Positions 46,328 through 64,000 of a DNA stretch of 64,000 nucleotides are shown piece after piece. The notes beneath the pieces were generated by a model, which saw only the letters and a program-made list of their open reading frames with translations, was not told the DNA's origin and ran no database searches. The translations under genes and the position numbers were made by a program. Every line of letters begins with the position of its first letter. Positions within the stretch are counted from its first letter, which is position 1. The stretch is from the human T2T-CHM13v2.0 reference genome, Homo sapiens, in the NCBI RefSeq assembly GCF_009914755.1, contig NC_060946.1, one strand, 5' to 3'.

Positions 46328-46381
46328 CTGCTACACAACAGCTACTTGCTTAACATTTAGCACTCCTGCCTCCCGAAAAGA

Positions 46382-46382
46382 T

Positions 46383-46420
<38 letters not shown>

Positions 46421-46430
46421 GCGCGTGTGT
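46382..46430. repeat. (TG)n(CG)n microsatellite
   Basis: Uninterrupted purine-pyrimidine alternation. Confidence 0.95.
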
Positions 46431-47009
46431 TTGAGAATTATTGAAGGGTTTGTATTTTTTCCCAATAAAAATGTACCAAAATTAACCTTCAGACTTCTCA
46501 TTTCAGGTCCACATGTAAGGATCTCATAAGTCACCATTCTGTCCCAATAATAAGTAAAGCTGAATAAACTGAAAAATCAACAACTCTTCTTAGATCATTC
46601 AGAGAAGTGAGGTCACAGGGCAAACTACTGCCTGAAAACTGAACAGACAGGTAGGTAGATACAGAGAATGCCAACTGGCAGGAGAATAAACCCATGGGCA
46701 GAAACCTCCATGGGAACCAGTAGCAAAGCCAAAACTGTCATAAATGAATTCTGGAGGCTCAGTGTAGACACCCTGAGAGGTAAAAACTCCAGCCATCACA
46801 AAAATGAACTCAAAATGAATCAAAATCAAATGTAAACATAAAACTATAAAACCCCTAGAAGACAAGAGGAGAACACCTAGGTGACCTTGGGTTTGGCCAT
46901 GACTTTTTAGATATGACACAGAAGGTACAATCCATGAAGGAAATGATAAGTTAGATTTCGTTAAAATTAAAAATTTCTGCTCTGTGAAAAGACACTGTCA
47001 AGAGAATGA

Positions 47010-48596
<1,587 letters not shown>

Positions 48597-48743
48597 GATG
48601 TGGAGGAAACTAAAAAGCATACTAAGTGAAAGAAGCCAACGTAAAAAGGCTACGTACTATATGATTCCAACTATATGGCATTATGGGAAAGGTAAAACTG
48701 GAGAGAGTAAAAACAACAGTGGTTCCCAGGGGTTAGGGAGTAA

Positions 48744-51700
48744 AAAGAGGTGAACAGGTGGAGCGCAGAGGACTGTTGGGACAGCGAAACTATGCTGCGT
48801 GACACTACAATGGTAGATACATATCATTAAAGAGGTGAACAGGTGGAGCGCAGAGGACTGTTGGGACAGCGAAACTATGCTGCGTGACACTACAATGGTA
48901 GATACATGTCATTAAAGAGGTGAACAGGTGGAGCGCAGAGGACTGTTGGGACAGCGAAACTATGCTGCGTGACACTACAATGGTAGATACATGTCATTAA
49001 AGAGGTGAACAGGTGGAGCGCAGAGGACTGTTGGGACAGCGAAACTATGCTGCGTGACACTACAATGGTAGATACATGTCATTAAAGAGGTGAACAGGTG
49101 GAGCGCAGAGGACTGTTGGGACAGCGAAACTATGCTGCGTGACACTACAATGGTAGATACATGTCATTAAAGAGGTGAACAGGTGGAGCGCAGAGGACTG
49201 TTGGGACAGCGAAACTATGCTGCGTGACACTACAATGGTAGATACATGTCATTAAAGAGGTGAACAGGTGGAGCGCAGAGGACTGTTGGGACAGCGAACC
49301 TATGCTGCGTGACACTACAATGGTAGATACATGTCATTAAAGAGGTGAACAGGTGGAGCGCAGAGGACTGTTGGGACAGCGAACCTATGCTGCGTGACAC
49401 TACAATGGTAGATACATGTCATTAAAGAGGTGAACAGGTGGAGCGCAGAGGACTGTTGGGACAGCGAACCTATGCTGCGTGACACTACAATGGTAGATAC
49501 ATGTCATTAAAGAGGTGAACAGGTGGAGCGCAGAGGACTGTTGGGACAGCGAACCTATGCTGCGTGACACTACAATGGTAGATACATGTCATTAAAGAGG
49601 TGAACAGGTGGAGCGCAGAGGACTGTTGGGACAGCGAACCTATGCTGCGTGACACTACAATGGTAGATACATGTCATTAAAGAGGTGAACAGGTGGAGCG
49701 CAGAGGACTGTTGGGACAGCGAACCTATGCTGCGTGACACTACAATGGTAGATACATGTCATTAAAGAGGTGAACAGGTGGAGCGCAGAGGACTGTTGGG
49801 ACAGCGAACCTATGCTGCGTGACACTACAATGGTAGATACATGTCATTAAAGAGGTGAACAGGTGGAGCGCAGAGGACTGTTGGGACAGCGAACCTATGC
49901 TGCGTGACACTACAATGGTAGATACATGTCATTAAAGAGGTGAACAGGTGGAGCGCAGAGGACTGTTGGGACAGCGAACCTATGCTGCGTGACACTACAA
50001 TGGTAGATACATGTCATTAAAGAGGTGAACAGGTGGAGCGCAGAGGACTGTTGGGACAGCGAACCTATGCTGCGTGACACTACAATGGTAGATACATGTC
50101 ATTAAAGAGGTGAACAGGTGGAGCGCAGAGGACTGTTGGGACAGCGAACCTATGCTGCGTGACACTACAATGGTAGATACATGTCATTAAAGAGGTGAAC
50201 AGGTGGAGCGCAGAGGACTGTTGGGACAGCGAACCTATGCTGCGTGACACTACAATGGTAGATACATGTCATTAAAGAGGTGAACAGGTGGAGCGCAGAG
50301 GACTGTTGGGACAGCGAACCTATGCTGCGTGACACTACAATGGTAGATACATGTCATTAAAGAGGTGAACAGGTGGAGCGCAGAGGACTGTTGGGACAGC
50401 GAACCTATGCTGCGTGACACTACAATGGTAGATACATGTCATTAAAGAGGTGAACAGGTGGAGCGCAGAGGACTGTTGGGACAGCGAAACTATGCTGCGT
50501 GACACTACAATGGTAGATACATGTCATTAAACAGGTGAACAGGTGGAGCGCAGAGGACTGTTGGGACAGCGAAACTATGCTGCGTGACACTACAATGGTA
50601 GATACATGTCATTAAAGAGGTGAACAGGTGGAGCGCAGAGGACTGTTGGGACAGCGAAACTATGCTGCGTGACACTACAATGGTAGATACATGTCATTAA
50701 AGAGGTGAACAGGTGGAGCGCAGAGGACTGTTGGGACAGCGAAACTATGCTGCGTGACACTACAATGGTAGATACATGTCATTAAAGAGGTGAACAGGTG
50801 GAGCGCAGAGGACTGTTGGGACAGCGAAACTATGCTGCGTGACACTACAATGGTAGATACATGTCATTAAAGAGGTGAACAGGTGGAGCGCAGAGGACTG
50901 TTGGGACAGCGAAACTATGCTGTGTGACACTACAATGGTAGATACATGTCATTAAAGAGGTGAACAGGTGGAGCGCAGAGGACTGTTGGGACAGCGAAAC
51001 TATGCTGCGTGACACTACAATGGTAGATACATGTCATTAAAGAGGTGAACAGGTGGAGCGCAGAGGACTGTTGGGACAGCGAAACTATGCTGCGTGACAC
51101 TACAATGGTAGATACATGTCATTAAAGAGGTGAACAGGTGGAGCGCAGAGGACTGTTGGGACAGCGAAACTATGCTGCGTGACACTACAATGGTAGATAC
51201 ATGTCATTAAAGAGGTGAACAGGTGGAGCGCAGAGGACTGTTGGGACAGCGAAACCTATGCTGCGTGACACTACAATGGTAGATACATGTCATTAAAGAG
51301 GTGAACAGGTGGAGCGCAGAGGACTGTTGGGACAGCGAAACCTATGCTGCGTGACACTACAATGGTAGATACATGTCATTAAAGAGGTGAACAGGTGGAG
51401 CGCAGAGGACTGTTGGGACAGCGAACCTATGCTGCGTGACACTACAATGGTAGATACATGTCATTAAAGAGGTGAACAGGTGGAGCGCAGAGGACTGTTG
51501 GGACAGCGAACCTATGCTGCGTGACACTACAATGGTAGATACATGTCATTAAAGAGGTGAACAGGTGGAGCGCAGAGGACTGTTGGGACAGCGAACCTAT
51601 GCTGCGTGACACTACAATGGTAGATACATGTCATTAAAGAGGTGAACAGGTGGAGCGCAGAGGACTGTTGGGACAGCGAACCTATGCTGCGTGACACTAC

Positions 51701-54700
51701 AATGGTAGATACATGTCATTAAAGAGGTGAACAGGTGGAGCGCAGAGGACTGTTGGGACAGCGAACCTATGCTGCGTGACACTACAATGGTAGATACATG
51801 TCATTAAAGAGGTGAACAGGTGGAGCGCAGAGGACTGTTGGGACAGCGAACCTATGCTGCGTGACACTACAATGGTAGATACATGTCATTAAAGAGGTGA
51901 ACAGGTGGAGCGCAGAGGACTGTTGGGACAGCGAACCTATGCTGCGTGACACTACAATGGTAGATACATGTCATTAAAGAGGTGAACAGGTGGAGCGCAG
52001 AGGACTGTTGGGACAGCGAACCTATGCTGCGTGACACTACAATGGTAGATACATGTCATTAAAGAGGTGAACAGGTGGAGCGCAGAGGACTGTTGGGACA
52101 GCGAACCTATGCTGCGTGACACTACAATGGTAGATACATGTCATTAAAGAGGTGAACAGGTGGAGCGCAGAGGACTGTTGGGACAGCGAACCTATGCTGC
52201 GTGACACTACAATGGTAGATACATGTCATTAAAGAGGTGAACAGGTGGAGCGCAGAGGACTGTTGGGACAGCGAAACTATGCTGCGTGACACTACAATGG
52301 TAGATACATGTCATTAAAGAGGTGAACAGGTGGAGCGCAGAGGACTGTTGGGACAGCGAAACTATGCTGCGTGACACTACAATGGTAGATACATGTCATT
52401 AAACAGGTGAACAGGTGGAGCGCAGAGGACTGTTGGGACAGCGAAACTATGCTGCGTGACACTACAATGGTAGATACATGTCATTAAAGAGGTGAACAGG
52501 TGGAGCGCAGAGGACTGTTGGGACAGCGAAACTATGCTGCGTGACACTACAATGGTAGATACATGTCATTAAAGAGGTGAACAGGTGGAGCGCAGAGGAC
52601 TGTTGGGACAGCGAAACTATGCTGCGTGACACTACAATGGTAGATACATGTCATTAAAGAGGTGAACAGGTGGAGCGCAGAGGACTGTTGGGACAGCGAA
52701 ACTATGCTGCGTGACACTACAATGGTAGATACATGTCATTAAAGAGGTGAACAGGTGGAGCGCAGAGGACTGTTGGGACAGCGAAACTATGCTGCGTGAC
52801 ACTACAATGGTAGATACATGTCATTAAAGAGGTGAACAGGTGGAGCGCAGAGGACTGTTGGGACAGCGAAACTATGCTGCGTGACACTACAATGGTAGAT
52901 ACATGTCATTAAAGAGGTGAACAGGTGGAGCGCAGAGGACTGTTGGGACAGCGAAACTATGCTGCGTGACACTACAATGGTAGATACATGTCATTAAAGA
53001 GGTGAACAGGTGGAGCGCAGAGGACTGTTGGGACAGCGAAACTATGCTGCGTGACACTACAATGGTAGATACATGTCATTAAAGAGGTGAACAGGTGGAG
53101 CGCAGAGGACTGTTGGGACAGCGAAACTATGCTGCGTGACACTACAATGGTAGATACATGTCATTAAAGAGGTGAACAGGTGGAGCGCAGAGGACTGTTG
53201 GGACAGCGAAACTATGCTGCGTGACACTACAATGGTAGATACATGTCATTAAAGAGGTGAACAGGTGGAGCGCAGAGGACTGTTGGGACAGCGAAACTAT
53301 GCTGCGTGACACTACAATGGTAGATACATGTCATTAAAGAGGTGAACAGGTGGAGCGCAGAGGACTGTTGGGACAGCGAAACTATGCTGCGTGACACTAC
53401 AATGGTAGATACATGTCATTAAAGAGGTGAACAGGTGGAGCGCAGAGGACTGTTGGGACAGCGAAACTATGCTGCGTGACACTACAATGGTAGATACATG
53501 TCATTAAAGAGGTGAACAGGTGGAGCGCAGAGGACTGTTGGGACAGCGAAACTATGCTGCGTGACACTACAATGGTAGATACATGTCATTAAAGAGGTGA
53601 ACAGGTGGAGCGCAGAGGACTGTTGGGACAGCGAAACTATGCTGCGTGACACTACAATGGTAGATACATGTCATTAAAGAGGTGAACAGGTGGAGCGCAG
53701 AGGACTGTTGGGACAGCGAAACTATGCTGCGTGACACTACAATGGTAGATACATGTCATTAAAGAGGTGAACAGGTGGAGCGCAGAGGACTGTTGGGACA
53801 GCGAAACTATGCTGCGTGACACTACAATGGTAGATACATGTCATTAAAGAGGTGAACAGGTGGAGCGCAGAGGACTGTTGGGACAGCGAAACTATGCTGC
53901 GTGACACTACAATGGTAGATACATGTCATTAAAGAGGTGAACAGGTGGAGCGCAGAGGACTGTTGGGACAGCGAAACTATGCTGCGTGACACTACAATGG
54001 TAGATACATGTCATTAAAGAGGTGAACAGGTGGAGCGCAGAGGACTGTTGGGACAGCGAACCTATGCTGTGTGACACTACAATGGTAGATACATGTCATT
54101 AAAGAGGTGAACAGGTGGAGCGCAGAGGACTGTTGGGACAGCGAACCTATGCTGTGTGACACTACAATGGTAGATACATGTCATTAAAGAGGTGAACAGG
54201 TGGAGCGCAGAGGACTGTTGGGACAGCGAACCTATGCTGTGTGACACTACAATGGTAGATACATGTCATTAAAGAGGTGAACAGGTGGAGCGCAGAGGAC
54301 TGTTGGGACAGCGAAACTATGCTGTGTGACACTACAATGGTAGATACATGTCATTAAAGAGGTGAACAGGTGGAGCGCAGAGGACTGTTGGGACAGCGAA
54401 ACTATGCTGTGTGACACTACAATGGTAGATACATGTCATTAAAGAGGTGAACAGGTGGAGCGCAGAGGACTGTTGGGACAGCGAAACTATGCTGTGTGAC
54501 ACTACAATGGTAGATACATGTCATTAAAGAGGTGAACAGGTGGAGCGCAGAGGACTGTTGGGACAGCGAAACTATGCTGTGTGACACTACAATGGTAGAT
54601 ACATGTCATTAAAGAGGTGAACAGGTGGAGCGCAGAGGACTGTTGGGACAGCGAACCTATGCTGTGTGACACTACAATGGTAGATACATGTCATTAAAGA

Positions 54701-54779
54701 GGTGAACAGGTGGAGCGCAGAGGACTGTTGGGACAGCGAAACTATGCTGTGTGACACTACAATGGTAGATACATGTCAT
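48744..54779. repeat. VNTR, 71 copies of an 85-bp unit, derived from an L1 3' UTR
   Basis: Unit aaagaggtgaacaggtggagcgcagaggactgttgggacagcgaa(a/c)ctatgctgcgtgacactacaatggtagatacatgtcatt; period 85 read directly from the coordinates. Confidence 0.98.
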
Positions 54780-54987
54780 CATTTGTCCAAATTCGTAGAA
54801 TGTACACCAAGAATCCTAGTGTAAACTCTGAATGTCGAGTGATGATGATGTAACAATGTAGGTCCGTTAATTCTAACTAATGTGCCACTATCTTATGGAA
54901 TGTCAACAGTGGGGGAGATTGTGCATGCGCAGGAACAGAGGGTGTATGAAAAAAGTGTACTCTCTGCTCGATTTCGCTGTGAACTTA

Positions 54988-55146
<159 letters not shown>

Positions 55147-55331
55147 TTAGCCGGGTATGGTGGCACACGGCTGTAGTCCCAGCTACTCGGGAGGCTGAGG
55201 CAGGAAAATCACTTGAAAGGGAGGCGGAGGTTGCAGTGAGCCGACATCGCACCACTGCACTCCAGTCTGGCGACAGAGCAAGTCTCTGTCTCAAAAATAA
55301 ATAAAGTTTATTGGCCGGGCGCGGTGGCTCA

Positions 55332-55664
<333 letters not shown>

Positions 55665-55744
55665 TCAAATAAATGGAGAGGCCCCAGGGCACTGCAACAC
55701 CTTGATGATCCCCGGGGCCCTTCCCTGTCAGAAGCTTTGTCTCA

Positions 55745-60446
<4,702 letters not shown>

Positions 60447-61675
60447 CTGGAAATCATAAACAGCATAGAGCCAGCTCAGAAAACACAAGAAGAAAAGCCC
60501 AACCACGTTCCCCAGCTACACAGGGTTGATGGCAAAGCACATGTCCCATGCCTGCATGGGGAATGAAAGGGTTCCGTCTGAGAAGCCTATTCTTAAATGA
60601 GGATTTCAAGGTATATGGACTTGTTCTTCCAATGTCTGATGCCTGACTCTCCCTCTGCCCCTCCCCCATGATGAAAATTGTTCTAGTTTTAAAAATAAGG
60701 AAACTAGAATGCGGAAAAGGCCAGGGCTCCAGACTACTCCAGACCACTCAGCAAGTCAGTTCCCAAACGAGAAATGAAATCAGATCTCTTTGCTTCTCTG
60801 AGTCCCAACTCTAAAAGAGATTTGGATTAGGTGACCCTAAGGCTCTCTCCAGCTTTCCGATGCTGTGATTCTAGAATACGGGGTCCATCTCCTCAGCGCG
60901 AGGCTCCTGATCAACCTGAAGCTTTCTGCTCCCTCTCAGAAAACTGGCCCCAACCCTACTCTTCCTCCTTGGCTCTGCAACACTCTGGTCTAACAGCTCT
61001 CCTGGGTCCTTGCTTGTTGGCCAGGAACCCATTACTTCCATCTGTGGGCCCTCTATGTCCAGAGTCTAGTGTGATAGGCCTCGTTATAATACAGCAAAAG
61101 ACTTAGATCCTGCCCTCTAGAAGCTCATACATAACGGAAGGACAGAGAAAACGTTGAGTTTGGTGGGAACATGAACTCAAATGCCCTTTCACCATACTCT
61201 CCTTCCCTCTCCTCCGGTTCAGGCCTTTGCTCCATCTTCTCCACAGACATGCATCTTACATGCCAGACCCGCAGAACTTCTTCCTGCTCCCTGACCACAC
61301 AATGCTCTTCCTACCTCTATGCCTTTCCAGATGTGGTTCCCTCTGTTGGACTACGCCCAGGTGACATATCTGTGGAAACCTTCTCAAATAATTCCAAGCC
61401 ATTAGCACCATGCCTCCTCTGCAAAGCCCAAGGTTCTGCATTCATCTATCACAGGACTCACAATAGTGAACTGGAATGATTTGCTTCTACTGCTTTCTCC
61501 ACTAGGCAAATTATGGATTAACTGTGATTCCTTTTAGACTTACCATGGTTTTTTGTTTGTTTGTTTGTTTGTTTTGAGACAGCGTCTTGCTCTGTCGTCC
61601 AGACTGGAGTGCATTGGCGCGGTCTTGGCTCACTCACTGCAGCCTTGACATCCTGGATTCAAGCCTCCCGTGTAG

Positions 61676-62014
<339 letters not shown>

Positions 62015-62155
62015 TAAGAAACCTTCTGCCCTCATGGAGCACACATTCTGGCAGTCAAGATTCAAATGCCCTGTTTAAAGTTAACATATTTGGGCTGGGC
62101 GTGGTGGGTCACGCCTGTAATCCCAGCACTTTGGGAGGCCGAGGCAGGCGAATCA

Positions 62156-62407
<252 letters not shown>

Positions 62408-62563
62408 TCAGAAGAGGCGATATGAAAAAAAGAAAAATTAAAATAACAAAAAAGTTAATATATTTGAGCATATAAAAACAACGCTGACTTTAGGCCGGGC
62501 GCAGTGGCTCACACCTGTAATCCCAGCACTTTGGGAGGCCGAGGCAGGCAGATCATGAGGTCA

Positions 62564-62850
<287 letters not shown>

Positions 62851-62909
62851 TCACGAGGTCAGGAGATCGAGACCATTCTGGCTAACATGGTGAAACTCCG
62901 TCTCTACTA

Positions 62910-63089
<180 letters not shown>

Positions 63090-63133
63090 TTAGCATCTGA
63101 CAGACTTTTTAGTATAACCCTCAGTCATACAAT

Positions 63134-63963
<830 letters not shown>

Positions 63964-64000
63964 TGGATGAAATGATTATTTACTGAGTACCTACCATAAG

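Noticed and set aside
48776-48790. GGACAGCG in each VNTR unit as a REST/NRSF site
   Set aside because: Matches only part of the right half-site; the TTCAGCACC left half is absent.
48744-54779. CRISPR-like or coding interpretation of the 85-bp array
   Set aside because: Units abut with no unique spacers, the context is human intronic L1, and the ORF track shows no long ORF inside the array.

Overview
Human (primate) genomic DNA containing most of FAM227A on the minus strand. I reconstructed 14 consecutive coding exons (ATG at 60352 down to 1469, 1532 coding nt, about 510 aa) with every intron phase consistent. The non-coding first exon and the last coding exons lie outside the window. The introns hold about 65 Alus plus L1, L2, LTR and MER elements. 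The unusual part is the splicing architecture. There are two minor-spliceosome (U12-type) introns, one GT-AG (55849-60210) and one AT-AC (1622-4035), and a weak GC donor at 44085. Intron 3 hides a pair of exons (46290-46327 and 46033-46216) that would splice in frame except for a single TAA, and there is a further candidate in-frame 84-nt exon (43322-43405). The same intron 3 carries a 6.0-kb array of 71 copies of an 85-bp unit, amplified from an old L1 3' UTR and showing higher-order variant structure. The window also has a 57-bp VNTR, a near-consensus AluYa5, and an Alu-L1-Alu segment copied about 11 kb away. Repeat subfamily names and the gene name come from my recollection of consensus sequences, not from a database search; repeat boundaries are approximate.
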